From NCBI GenBank assembly GCA_028023455.1, contig JAQFVV010000004.1:1612001-1676000 (forward strand): 64,000 nt of DNA. The letters run 5' to 3'. The notes beneath the pieces were generated by a model. The model was not told the origin of the DNA. It made no database searches and saw only the letters and a program-made list of their open reading frames with translations. Origin of the DNA: Epiperipatus broadwayi. Taxonomy: Eukaryota > Animalia > Onychophora. Every line of letters starts with the position of its first letter. Within the stretch, counting starts at the first letter, position 1. This document shows positions 40,789 to 54,649 of the stretch, piece after piece. The translations under genes were made by a program, and so were the position numbers.

Positions 40789-41919
40789 ACAAATTATACA
40801 ATTGTTGTGTTAAGAATTGAAAATAATTATATATATATATGTTATAGATGAGAAGTGTTGCTACATATTAATTAAAAAGAGCATTTGAAATTTTCAAAGA
40901 TGAATTAAGATATAATCCTAGTGATAAAAAAATATAACAGTGATAAAAATTTTTTTTTTAGAAAAATAGATAGCACCTTAAATGCTGAAGGCAGTGGGGG
41001 AAAAAAGGTCAAATGACTTAAGTGACATTTGTAATTACCAGATGATTACTGGTGATAAAAAAAAGCCCAAATTGAAATAGTAGTAAGTAATTATTAACAA
41101 TAAATTTTCTAAATATTTGGTATGGGATGGTGGTTATGTATGCAAAACCAAAATATGCCTGTATAAACAAATAAATGTATATAATATTGAAATGTAAAAT
41201 GGTTTGAAATATTGAAAGATTAATTAGATAATAAAAATTATAATAATTATATTAAAGATTAAGAACAAGATTTTTAAAGCTAATTTAATTGTGATCTCTA
41301 ATTTTTTTTTTTGATTACTTTTTTCAATGTAGATATATTCTCAGTATTTATGATTTGAATTATAATATTTATTAATTTTACATTGAATAAACAATGAAAG
41401 GAAAAAAATAAAATTACTATAAATATTTTCAACTATTTTAGGATCTGAATAATTTATTTGTAATACTTGCACATATAGACACAGCTTAAAAATTTTAATT
41501 GCTTGCTTAAAACTATTATATACAGATGTAAGTATGAAAATTGTGTGTAGGTATACATATACAATGAAGATATATATACACACGCACATGAAAATGACAG
41601 GTTTTCAAGAACTGGAATACAAACAGAGTCAATATCAAATAAGAGTCAAATTTTAAATTCTAAAATGCATTAAAAAAAGAATAATCTAATGCTGATTCTC
41701 TTAAAAAGATTATGGTATAACAAGGATGCCAAAATAATTTTTGATTTATTTCATTTTTGAATAAAAATAGATTTATATATATTAATTAAGAATCTGCATA
41801 GTTTAAAATAAAATTATTCCTTATAAAATTCAAAAAATAAAAACAACTATAAATTATGTTGCTTTTTCTTCCCATTTATGTATGTGTTAAACTATGGTAA
41901 CAATTTTTCTCTAAATATT

Positions 41920-42968
41920 TTAATGTTTGATTGGTTTAACTTTGGTGGCGATTACTGTAGTTGGAGTAGAATACTCTCCTATGTGAGAATAAACAAATTC
42001 TTCATGAGGTTGCTTAATTTGTAAAGAACTATAAAGATGTTCTTGTTTCTGAGAAGTGGATTTAACATTTGACTTTAAAATTATTTTCCCTAAATGATCA
42101 TATGTATTGTCACCTACTTCTTCCTTATCAATTTTTGTATGAAATGCTCGCCTGATTGGAAGTGTATCATCATCATTACCTTCAAGTGCATCATACATTA
42201 TTTCACTCTTAGATGGATGATATTCAGTTTCTGTTGATTTAACATCTACACCAGAAATTTTCCAAACATTACTTATATTCTCTACAGGATCACTGTACAA
42301 TTCATCAGGATTTTCAATGTCAACATTGTGAATAACTGGTAATTTCGCAGGTATAGGAGGTTCAAAATAAGCATCATCATACAAATGTTCTGGAGTTTCT
42401 GGCTTTTTTTGTCGTTTTGGCTTTGATTTTTTAGAAACTACTGCATACATCTGCTCTGGCCGAATTAATTCTTTAGATGTATGAGAAGTTTCATTATTTA
42501 AAGAAGTTTTTTTCAACTGTTCTATTAAATGGCTTTCTTCTACTAAAGAAGATTTTTTAATAGATTCACTTTTGGATGTAGAACTAGAATCTTTGGCAAC
42601 ATTTCCCAATGAATGAACAACTTTTGGAGATGCTTCTCCGGGCATATCTCTACGTTCACGCTGACGCATGGCTTTGACAAAGCGATCAACAGTTTGAAAA
42701 ATTATTGCTCCATCGACAGTTTCAAAAGAAAAATATCCTTCACCAGACGGACATTTTCGACCAGCTTCTAAAGAGAAAGATTCTCTATTACTTCCATATC
42801 GTCTTATGTATCGATAAGGCCAAATATAGACAGACTTTCCTTTTTTCCAGTCAGTTTTAGGATCAACAATTGCCATAGTTAATGGATTGAGAACTAAATC
42901 ATATTCACCTTTAAGACAGCACCTTTTGGCAGCATCATTTTCAACCATCTTAATCCGGAAGACTTGAG
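41920..42968 (-). CDS. dok: Terminal exon of a Dok-family docking protein (IRS-type PTB domain plus tyrosine-rich C-terminal tail)
   Basis: Acceptor TTTCTTTGCAG at 42969-42970 extends the ORF upstream (QVFRIKMVENDAAKRCCLKGEY). Dok/IRS PTB signature WPYRYIRRYG..FSLEAGRKCPSGEGYFSF. Tail has multiple Tyr motifs (YAVV, YDDAYFEP, YSDP, YDAL, YDHL, YSSL, YSHI, YSTP). The paralogue number cannot be assigned. Confidence 0.9.
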
Positions 42969-44914
42969 CTGCAAAGAAAAAAATAAATTAATTAAAAAAT
43001 TATTTATTATAAAATTATAATAGAATAATTTAAGTAATGGATATTTAAAACAACAACTTAAATTAAATGTAAATATAATTTCACTTAAAAATTATTAAAT
43101 TAAAAGTTAAATAGAAGCAAAACATTAAAAATATATAACAGAATTCTGCTCATTTGGCTTTGTTATCCAACATTTTGATTTAATCATTATAAATACAATG
43201 TACTGATGTGAACTATTTTCCATACCAAGTGTTTTCATTAATTTTTTAAAATAATTTGCAGATTTAAGCTTTAACCTAATATACAATAATTTGCAATATT
43301 AATAACTAGATAAAGTGAGATATTTTAATTATGAATAAATTATTCACACATTTTAAAATACACACACTATAGTCAATAAATAAATGTAGGAGAATTAGGC
43401 ATTTTCTACTTTATTTTTCACAATTTTATTTTTTATTTTGTAACTTAAACTGTTCTAGATGTATTCATGATTTATTTTTTCATATTTTTCTATAAAATGG
43501 GAACCACATAGAAAAAAAGAAGAGTTTATTATGAAAAAAAAAAAATAATAAAAACTTTAGTCATTTAAATTTAAAAAAAATAAGAATATTTTATCATAAA
43601 GTTTTCTTGGTGATACATAAAAAAAAGTTTTCAATAGATATTGTGATCAAGCAATAAAATAAAAATTTGGTCATAAGTTTTTACATAATACAATAAGCAA
43701 ACAAGAATTATCTCCATCTAAAATTAACTTTTGCTCATGTTCTATTATGTTATTCTTTAAATTTTTGATAGCACCTTATGTTTGTATACATTCATATAAT
43801 GAACACATATAAATGCTAATTTTATTCTTTGTTAAAATTTAATTCCATTTTTCTTTTTTTGTTTAGGATTATTTTTAATAAATTAATAAAAGTTTTATTC
43901 CCAGAAAAGTATGTTCAGATTAAAAATCTAATGCAAATATTATAAATAAATATCATTGTTACATTTTTTAATAGTGCATTTATTTTATATAATGTCTTAT
44001 TCTCTAATTATACCATTTAAACATTGTTACTCATACTAATATAAAATATATATTATTCGATTTGAATTTTTTTAAATAAATATTTTTTATCACATTTTAT
44101 ATAGCTTTAAGAAAAATTTACTTAGCCAAAAAATTTACATGGTATTTACAAAAAGAGTATAAATATTTTACTTAATAGTTTGAAAATTAGTTATATTTTT
44201 AGTGATAAATAAAATATTCTTATGATCTATGACTTATCAAATAAAATGTTATTACTTAAAGGAATAAAGCATAATTATTCAACTGATAAGTCAAAATGAA
44301 ATATGGTTTAGTCTGTTAGACACAATCAAAAAAATTGCATTTTATGAGATAAGGATTTATTAAATTTCAATCTGTTATAAATTTATGATCACAGAAGATG
44401 AAGTAAATAACTCAAATAGACAATGCAATTGTATTATATAACAAATTTGAAAAATTTCACCTTAGAAGCCCAACTATTACATTATATAAGGACTGCTTTA
44501 CTCTTAATTCAATTCTATTTTTTTAATAAAATAATCACTCAATTATAATTCAAATCTATATTAACTCCAGGATATATATGCACATATTCTTAATACTATT
44601 CCTAAACATGTTATGAATCAATGATGATTCAACAAATCTTACGATTTCTATGAAATAATTTATTTTATGATACTTAAACCATATGTATTTAGTATTATCA
44701 TATTATTAAAGATAAAGTTATACATTTTCTTTCTTACTAAACCAATATATAGTCATGAATTAATGTCCTCATTTCTCTTAATTGCTCAATTTCACATACA
44801 TAATAAAATATGGTATTCTCTTTTAAAGCACTTTTTATTTTAATTTTTTAATTATTTCAACTGCCTTTGTTCCTTTTATCAGAAATCTTATTAATTTATT
44901 ATGTAAACTTATGC

Positions 44915-45080
44915 ATATAATAAATTAACAAGATTTCTGACGAAGACTGTAATTTTTATTTTTACTTTCTTTTTCAGCTGTAGCTTTCATTAGTAATGTT
45001 GTTAATCTATTGATGTAGATGGTTACACATAATAAACTTGATCTCTGATGAAGACCGCAAATCAGTTGGAACAATCAAAA
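44915..45080 (+). mobile_element. Two tandem PLE-type terminal units with decayed hammerhead cores
   Basis: AATAAA..CTGACGAAGACTG (44937) and AATAAA..CTGATGAAGACCGCAAATCAGTTGGAAC (45045), about 108 nt apart. Confidence 0.5.
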
Positions 45081-45399
45081 AATTAAAATAAAAGATGCTT
45101 TAAAAAATACAACAGGGGTCCATTTATTGAATCATATTCACTACCACTACTTATTTACTAATAGGCAAGTCCTATATACTAATTCAATCTCATTCTCCAA
45201 GACTTTATCTCTTGTTCTACTTGTCAAAAATTCATCTTATTTCCCTATTAAAAATTAGCAATGCTAAAACAGCTTTTCTTTCTTCTCATAATTTCATCAA
45301 AAATAATAATTTTTTATTTATTTTTTCAATATTTATGATTGTGTTTATCCAATATATCTTTCCATTTTTTTTTTTTGCAAGTTCATATCTCTAAACTTC

Positions 45400-47450
45400 C
45401 AATGTTTTATCCTTTTTCCTAGGTATCCATATTTTGCAACATAAAGATATATTCTGAACAAAACATTTAACAAGACACTTTTTTAGATATGATTTCTATG
45501 ATCAACAGAATACCCTTTCTAAAAGCGTGTACATAACTATTGCAATTTTCATACTAATTTCCTTATCAATACTTCCATCACCAGTTAGTCATCTTTTCAA
45601 AGCAATGACCTTATTTATAATTTAATATCCAAACATTATCATTTTTTGCTTCTTTGTATGTTTTCATTGTTTAATTTTATTTGCATTTATTTTTATCAAG
45701 TTTTCTGCAAGTTTTGTATATTTTGCATACAATTTTATTCAATAATGCTCTCTATTTGTAAGTTATGCCATATTACCCATAAGTCTGACAGAATTCTATT
45801 CTTAGCAAAACAAGATTTATCTAAATATATATTAAATAAAATAGGAGATAGACAAAAAGTCTATTTCCTCTGATGTATGCACAATTTTCTCGGTAAATGT
45901 CTTTCTTTGCAAACTGTATCTTTATTTTTCAATATATCAACAGAGTAATTCAATTCACCCTATCAAATGCCTTTTCAGAATTACTAAAACAAATTTAAAA
46001 CTCCTCTTTATTTCTTAACAATAGTTCTCATTGCTCCAATTGCACTTATTGTTTGTCTGCTATTTCGAAATCCAAACAATTCTTTAAATAAAAACATATC
46101 TATTAAAAATCTATTTATTCAAGATTCACAATAGCAACCTGACCATATGAAAGATTAAGCAATTCGCACATTTCATTGATTTAGGGTTTTTTTCTTGAGG
46201 AATTATAACTGCTGAGAAAAAAATGTCTAGATCACTATCCTATAAAAATTATATTACAAATATCAATGAATTCTCTCAATTTTTTCCTTTACAAGATCTT
46301 CAATAATTCAATTAGAATTTTATTAATTTTCTGCATTTTTCCAGTTTTCATATCTTAATTAATACTTTTACAATTTTGAATCATTACCACAAATTTATTT
46401 CATCTATATTTTCATGATTTTCCTTTTCAATTAATATAGCTAAAGATTTATTATTTCCACCATTAAAAATAATTTTTATTCTTTTCATAATTTCAATTTA
46501 TTTTCTGTTTTCAATCACTACCTATTTCTACACTATGCTTTTCCCATCAAACCAATTTTATTTTCTTAAATCAAACATCTTTTCTAGGAAATTCTTCTAT
46601 TTCAATGTATCCTTTTCTAGCAAAAGGCATCTAAATTTTATAATTTTCATGTTTCAATTCATTATTAAATTTTCTATGCATATTTTTAAAGAAATCACAC
46701 TTTTTGTTACATCACTATTAACTCAAAATATTTTTTCCTTACTTTTTATTATAATGCCAATTTTGAAGCTATTTTCTAAATCAACAATTGATAAATTTTC
46801 TCTATTTCCCCCTTTAATTTAATGATTGCCCATTTTTTGCTTGTCTCAGTTTTTAAAATTCTTTTAAAAAACAATTTTACCATTATTAAATCGTAATCTG
46901 AATCTATATTAATTCCAGGAGCTACACATAAACATTTAAAACTATTTTGAACATATTTTGAAGCAAAATATAATTAATTGAAATTCAATCTTATCACTTG
47001 AGTTTTCCATGTTATTACAGTCATACTATTTTCTTTACAAAAACCCATCAATCTTTCCTCTTGTTCATTTCTTATTCTTTAACTCATAATCTCCAACAAT
47101 TTTGTCATCCCTTTCATGTTCTACTGCATTTCAATTCCTCATTGTCATGATACAATTATTTTTATATTATTTTCAACATTTTTACTGGTTAGCATGCATA
47201 TTAGAGTGATAATCAGATCTCTTTTAAATATTTTCAGTCTTATCATTTTCAATCTATTTTTTTTTTTTTTTTACAAAAGCACTAATTATAAAAATCATGA
47301 ATCTAAAGTAACTTTTACATTATGACATTATCTTTTATCTCTCTATCCCTTTATCATTATTTTCTCCACAGCTGATGTACCTTGTCTTGCAGATCTTATA
47401 AGTCTAACTACATATTTACAATTTCAAATTTGTTCACTGCTATTTCTACA
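45400..47450 (-). mobile_element. Decayed RTE-like LINE
   Basis: Minus strand PGINIDSDYDL (endonuclease end, ~46900), ELFGFRNSRQTISAIGAMRT (~46030-46085), ICFSNSEKAFDRVN (~45950-45995) and LVKCFVQ (~45460), in order. Confidence 0.75.
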
Positions 47451-49229
47451 ATATTTTCTAATTCTAATGTCATATTTATTTTATTATTATCACTCTTGAA
47501 AAATTATTGCAACTTGTGAAATAATTTTCTAACTAATGCAATTGGTTCTTATAACACCAATTTGCTTGTTTTTTAACCTAATCAGAATTTCTAAGATTAA
47601 AAACTTACATATTCATTGTTTTTTTCACAACATATACCTTGCTGAATCCTATATTTTAAATATCCTCTTATCTCTGGTAATAAATTCACTACCTTCTCTA
47701 ATTTATTCATGAGCTTAATATCTCAAATGACTATTCTTAAAATATATGTGACATATTTTTATAAAAGTTGTAAAAAACAGTGATAACTAGTTTGATATGG
47801 TCATTCCTTAGAATAACACTTCTCTTAGAGAAATTTGTTTTCCCCACCATTTTCATGTATACTTTCAAAATCACATCTACAATTATTAATATTTTAAGAT
47901 TTTAAATCTAATATATACTCAACTCATTCACCAATTAATGTTTAACCTTGATAATAGATGACAAGATTTAGTCTAATATTATAAACATTGTTTGGTGAAT
48001 AGTATGATTGCATTTTTTACATAGTCTACACTTAAATTTACAATAATATAAGTACAAAAATGAAGAGAACAATTTATATCTATTTATAATTAACAAGCTT
48101 TTTTTTAATACATAAAATTGAAAACCTTGTTATTTTAAATCTTTCAATTAGAAGCAAAACTGAATATTAAAAGGCAAAATAATTTTTCAATAATATTATT
48201 AAGATATATTAATATCTAAAACATATTCACATTTAATCCTAAAAATTAATACATACATAAAGCATTTATATTGTAAAAATTAATGGAACAGAATTGTAAT
48301 AAGCATAAGACAAGCAGAATAAAAAATATTTTTAATTCACGGGGGGGGGGGGGAGACTCCCTTTTTATTTCACAAAGAGCACACAATTTGAGAAATGTGA
48401 CAAGTAGAGAATAAAATATATTTATTAACAACATAAGTGGAAAATCTTCTTTGTTAATATTCTCCCTTTTATAAATGATAAATTGCTGTCATTTTAAGTT
48501 TTAAGGGTTAAAGTCTGATTAAAACCATGTGTAACAAATGACAATATGTTAAAAACACTTTTTTCACTAAAATACTAAATAAATTAAATAATTAATTCAG
48601 TATGATCCAAAAAAAAAAACAAAAAACCAAGTGATCATTAATGTGAAAACTATTAACTACTACTGTGTTAAATTTATCCTATGATTATTGTACAAGAATA
48701 AGTTAATTAAAATGAACTATAATTGTTTATGGAGTAGTGAATTCACTCTTTCATGAACAAAAACAAAAAGTTAATAATGACTCAGTGAAAATAAAAGCCA
48801 TGTCTTAACTCCAAAAACAAATTAATTTTCAAAATTAATCTAGAATAATGATTCTCACAGTACATAGCATTTCATGAGAAATATAAATATTTATAAAGAT
48901 AGTGAAAAACTGGTAAATTTTTAAGAAAGTGCTTGTTAAAAAAATATTTACTGTATTATTGATTAGTAAGTTAGTCACTAAAAGCCCTTAATTATGTATA
49001 TTTACTATTAAAAATAATATTTTATTTTTGTTTAAAATTTGTATTCCAATAAATATATGCATCTTTTTTTTAAAAAAAACAACAAACAAACACTGAAGCT
49101 ATTGACAAAGTTTAGAAATTTTTGATATAACATCATGGGTTTTAAATTCTTCTATATATATATAAATAATTTATTTGTTTTGTTATGAACTTTTTGACTA
49201 CTTAATATGCACAAAATATAAAGGAATCT

Positions 49230-50640
49230 ATAGAGATTTCAGTCAGTATGACCATAAATTTGGCAGTCAGTAACCATGCATTTCATAGTTAATATTTACC
49301 CACATTTACAGATTAGTGGTTGATAAATTCCATTTATGGAACTGATGAATGCAATGACCATGAATTGTTCTGAAACTGTAAATCAGACTTCAGTTGCATC
49401 TAGAAAAATCAAACCAATCTGGCTTTGTTTTGGGATCTGGAAAAAGAAATTTGTTTGGAACATCATAAGAATTTTATTTTTGCACTAATTCTTCAACTGC
49501 AAATTTTCATTTGAGCATTCAAAAGATAAATCTTGATTTGAGTTTTAAATAGTGAAATTATATTTTGTGTTATTGGCAAGCTGACAGGTTTAACAGTTTT
49601 TCATACAATTTTCATGAAGCAACATCTGATGTCCGGTGGAGAAATATGTGAAAGAACAGGAAGTCACTGCGAAGAACTAGAAATGACTATATAGAAATAA
49701 AACTTCTCATTGTAATTTTTGAGTATTCAGAAATTTAATGTGAGAATCTTTCTCCAAAAAGGGGCACAGTATTCATCAATAGAATATGCTAGTTCTAAAG
49801 AAGCTGTTCTTAAAGTATTTACAGCTAATTTTCCAAAGATATTATTCTTAAAAATGAAATTTCAACTTTAATTAAATGACAAAATCCAAAGTTACTCCCA
49901 ATTAGCACAGATAGAATTGTATTTCAATCTATTATTACAAAAGATTATATATATATTCATATTACAAGGTGATTTCCTGTTGTTGAGATAAAAAAAAAGA
50001 GAAGAAATAAGATGCCAGTTTTTGAAAAAGATTTCCAATTTTTTCATATTCTATTTGAGATACTTCTATTTCAGAATATATTTTGAGAGATCAGCAATAT
50101 TATCAGCATAAATGAATGAATTTCCTGTACTCCATTTTATGAAACTCACTGACGAATATATTAAATTAAAGTAGGTGAGAGAACCGAACCCTAAGGAAGA
50201 CCATTCTTTAAAATTTTATAGCTATTATGATTATCATTTACCATCAGTTTAATTTTTTTAATAGAGCATTTTATCAAATAAATTAATATTAGGTATTTCT
50301 ATATTTAAAAATTGAAGTAATTTTTAAAAGACCATTTTTTCAAACAGATTCATAAACTGAAGTTAGATCAATAATAAAGAACTCCAATTTTTAATTTATT
50401 TGGAAAGAATCAATATGAATTATTAAAAATAAAACTTGTTCGCAGCAAATTCTTTCTGGCTTAAACTCAGCTTGCTCAATAGATAGATAACTCCCACACT
50501 GTTGGCAAAATTCTAAATGATCTTTTCAAAAAATTTGTAGGTAACACATAATATTGATATTGGGCAATCATTTTTTGAATCATGAAAATAAAAATATACT
50601 TGTGTATTATCCTATCTACCAAGCTTGTCAGCCATTTTTT
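49230..50640 (-). mobile_element. Decayed Ingi/Vingi-type LINE (RT and C-terminal region)
   Basis: NGLP*GSVLSPT (~50170-50205), YADNIA (~50095), LELAYSIDEYCAP (~49760-49797), LSHISPPDIR (~49625-49655), FRTIHGHCIHQFHKW (~49330-49375). Confidence 0.82.
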
Positions 50641-50649
50641 TTAATTATA

Positions 50650-51250
50650 TAATTTCAGGGGCATACAATAAATATTTAAAACAAAATGTCAGACAAGAAG
50701 TGATCATATTTACTATTTACAGTTTTTGTTTAATTGTTATTTAAAAAAAAAAAAAAAATTCTGCAAAAATTAATTATAATATTTTCATTTAATTTATTAT
50801 TATTTTTTTGTATTTTAAGACAACTTATTAAAATAAAAAGAATAAAAGTATACGAAATGTAAAGTACACAGACTTCAACTTATTAATATATCTACACAAA
50901 AGAAACATAAAATGTCATATCATGCTCATTAATGCAGATTTTTAGTGAGGTTAGAATTCCATGTTTTTGGAAATACTCCATTGCATGCTGTTCTATCAAT
51001 GGCAAATCCCAAACTTTCATCATTTTACCAAAATGGTAGTGGTAAAAATTAAGATGCTGAATGTAAACAAACTATGAGAATGTTCAGAGTTTGCTGGTTT
51101 TACGTGTTATAATATAAATTAAAAAAAAAAAAAAATTGAATGGAATTTATAATCAATTATTAATTTTTTAAATCTTAACAACTTACACATTCAATAAAAT
51201 AAAATTAAAAAACAAAAACCATAAATACTTGTAGAACCCCTAAAATTGTA
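50650..51250 (-). mobile_element. Non-autonomous Merlin-like element, copy B (partial)
   Basis: Minus strand MKVWDLPLIEQHAMEYFQKHGILTSLKICINEHDMTFY (~50910-51025). The upstream sequence aligns with copies A and C. Confidence 0.7.
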
Positions 51251-51529
51251 TAATTAAAAAAAAAAAAGGGTTCCTAGCTTGAAAGGCAAGATAATACATG
51301 AGTTATAAAAAATACAATATACTTAATTTACAGCTGAAAAAGTTACAGAATTGATTTTAAATATATATATCATTAAAAATTGGAAAATTTATGTAAGGTT
51401 ATTATAAAAAATAAATAAATAATGAAAATAAAGTACAAAGTACAATTTATTTGCATGGAGTAAGCAATCTACTAAATAAATGTTTAGGTAACAATATGAT
51501 TCATTAGTCAAGATTAGGAATTGTATATC

Positions 51530-53560
51530 ATCATCAACTATTATCAATCCACTGCAGGGTGAAGGTCTCTCAAAGTATCAATCCATCTTCTCTGATCTCT
51601 AGCTTCTGTTCTCCACATCACCCCTGCACACTTTCTTATTTCATTCATCCATCTCATGCGGTCTCTTTCTGGGTCTTTTACAATCTCTTGGAATCCAGTT
51701 TAAGATTTCAATTGTCCATCTATTATCATCTTTTCTAGCAATATGTCCAGCCCAACTTCACATCAGTCTTTTAATTTTTTCATTGAGTTCAGTAACACCT
51801 GTTTGTTCTCTTACCCATATATTGTTTTCGATCTCATCTTGTTATCCCCAACACACATCTCTTTATACTTCTTTGAGTGGTCTGAAGTCTCTGTATTGTT
51901 CTTCTATTAATTGTCCAAATCTCAGATCCATAAGTAAGAACTGGTAAAACACATTTATTAAAAACCTTTCTTTTCAATCACATATGCATATTTCCTTTTA
52001 GTATTAAGTTATTTCTACCAAAAGCACTCCAACCAAGTTTAATTCTATGATTAATTTCATCCATTATGTTTCCATCTGTATTAATAATCCGACCAAGATA
52101 TTTGTAGCTGTTAACTTCTTCTAACTCATCATAATCAATCTTTATTTTCATATTTTAAAAAAATTCATTAAACATTAGCCTTTTTAACATTTATTTTTAG
52201 TCCTAAATTTCCTCTAATAACTCCTGCAACACTTCCTGCAGCTCTAAAGCATTATTTGCAAAAACAACTACATCATCTGCAAAATCTAATTGACATAAAT
52301 AATCCCCATTTACTTTCACTCCTTTAGTTTCCCATTTTAATCCACAAAATACTTCTTGCAACACTGCTTGGAGTTATGGAATCATCCTGTCTTACACCCA
52401 TCTCAATGTTGACTCCCAGTATCATTATGTAATCTAATTGTTGCTGTTGCATTTTTATAAATATTCTTTAAAATATGACAATATGCTGAATCTATACCTT
52501 GATGATCCAATGCTTTAATCACTGAAGAAATGTTTATAGAATCAAATGCCTTTTCATAATCTACAAATCCAAAGCATAATGACAACTCATATTCATTTGT
52601 CCTTTCTATAACTTCTCTCAATACCTGTATATGATCTACTGTACTAAAACCACTTTTAAATCCAGCTTATTCTCTTGGTTGGTGGAAATCCAATGTTATC
52701 TGTAGATGAGTTGTAATTATCTTGGTAACAATTTTGTATAAAATTGATAAAAGGCTGATAGGTCTGTAATTTCTAATATCTTCTTTATCATCTTTTTTAA
52801 ATATTAATATTAATACGGCATTCTTCTAAATCTGGTACATCTTTATCAATTAGACATTTGGTATATAACTTTGCTAAAAAAAATTCTATTTCTATCATTA
52901 CCTGGAGCCTTTCCTTTCTTCATAAATTTAATTGCATGTCTCACTTCATTTAAAATTCCGGGCAATTCAGAAGATGTAATAGATATAGGAGGTACTTCTT
53001 TATTACTATATAATTCTTGATAAAAGTCTTCTACCCATTTCATGATGTCATCTCACTTTTTAGTAATAATTTCATTTTTTTTTTTTTTATTGCAGATATA
53101 AATTTTCTACCAGTACCAAAATGTTGTTTTACATTCTCTTCTACAGCTTTCCTTGCTAGGTTCACAGTTATACTTTCTTATATCATTTTCAACTCTTTCA
53201 CACCATTTTACAAAATTCAAGATATTTGATCCTTTTTAATGCATCATTTTTGTATATCTTCATATTCATTCTTTTCTTCATAAATTCTCTAGTCTCAGTA
53301 TAAATTTTATTGATCAATTGCTGCTTTTTTCTACCAGCTATCTCTGTTATAGTTTTTAAAAGTGTATCAGTTATTTTCATATTAATTTCATTCAAATCTG
53401 AATCATGTTCAAAATCTACTAATACTTGAAACCGATTTGTAAGTTGTAATTTAAATTCATTAGAATGTTTCTGAAGATTAGGAATATTAACTGTAAATAT
53501 TGTTTTTCTTAATAATTGTATACATAGATTTATATAATCTCTATACATATAGGAAATAGT
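51530..53560 (-). mobile_element. 5'-truncated RTE-clade LINE
   Basis: KGKAPGND (ORF 52846-53043), FVDYEKAFDSI (ORF 52403-52621), GVRQDDSITP (~52370-52400), DFADDVVVFA (~52260-52290), YKYLGRI, LPVLTYGSEIWT, and a (GAT)n 3' tail at ~51530. Confidence 0.9.
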
Positions 53561-54649
53561 TGATGTAAAAAGCTGAGTCTAGGATAAGAGTATGAATTAT
53601 TTGAAAACTGCCAAATCACAGGAGAAAATAATAAAAATATTAATTTTAAAAAATACATTAATTTTCACAAGCACAGTCTATATTTTTATTGACATTATTT
53701 CTTTTGTATTAATTCACATTGCAGAAATCACTATTGCAGTCTGATTTTCATTCAATATTAAAAAAAAAAAATCTTAGATGTGTAAAGAGACATTTTTAAA
53801 AGTTAAACATCTAGTCTGAATTGAAATATTAAATTAAAAAAGTAATTTTACTTTTTTTGATCACAATAAATGAATACAAAATAAATAGATTGTATATACA
53901 CATATAAAGAGTGTGTTATTCATTCATAAATATGACAAAAAATACACGCTTGATTAGTTTCAAAAAATATGTGAAGATTGAATTTGTGAACAAAGAAGTT
54001 GAATCACTATAGAAATGACGATAATAATGTTTAAAAGATACCATGACATTTACTTTTGTATAGATCTAATATAAAATATTCTAAATCAATGCATGAATAC
54101 TAATACATTTATTTAAAAACCCAAATAAAGATATAAATTTAAAAAATTAACATTAAAGTTTATTTTCATATCCTGTAAAAACTTAAAAAAAAAAAAAAAG
54201 AAATTTAATGAGTAAGTCTCCCCCCCCCCCCCAACAATGTATCTTCAAATTTAAAACAATTTTTGATTAATTTTCAAATACAATTGATAATCAGTATTTT
54301 GGCAACATTTTCCAGAATGTTCATGTTTATAATTAAAAAAGTGCTCTTCTATTATTATTATTATTTTCTTATAATATGTTGTGTGATCTATTTTTTAATA
54401 TTTAAAAATCTTACAGTTGAGAATAAGTTCTATCATATCATAACAACTCAAGTTTTATCATAAACTTGTGAATAATTTTCCATACACACTCTTATATAAG
54501 GGGAAGTTTTTATTACATGTAAAATATTATATATAAATTAAAAATATAGTATAAAATTAGACAAAAAAAAGTTATTAATAAATTAATTGAGAGAGCATAT
54601 TTTCATATATATTTACTGTGTATGTGTATCATTATTTTTTTAAAAAATA

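Noticed and set aside
50963-51065. Plus-strand ankyrin-like peptide FGNTPLHAV
   Set aside because: Contains a stop and is the antisense of the Merlin N-terminal remnant, which explains it better.
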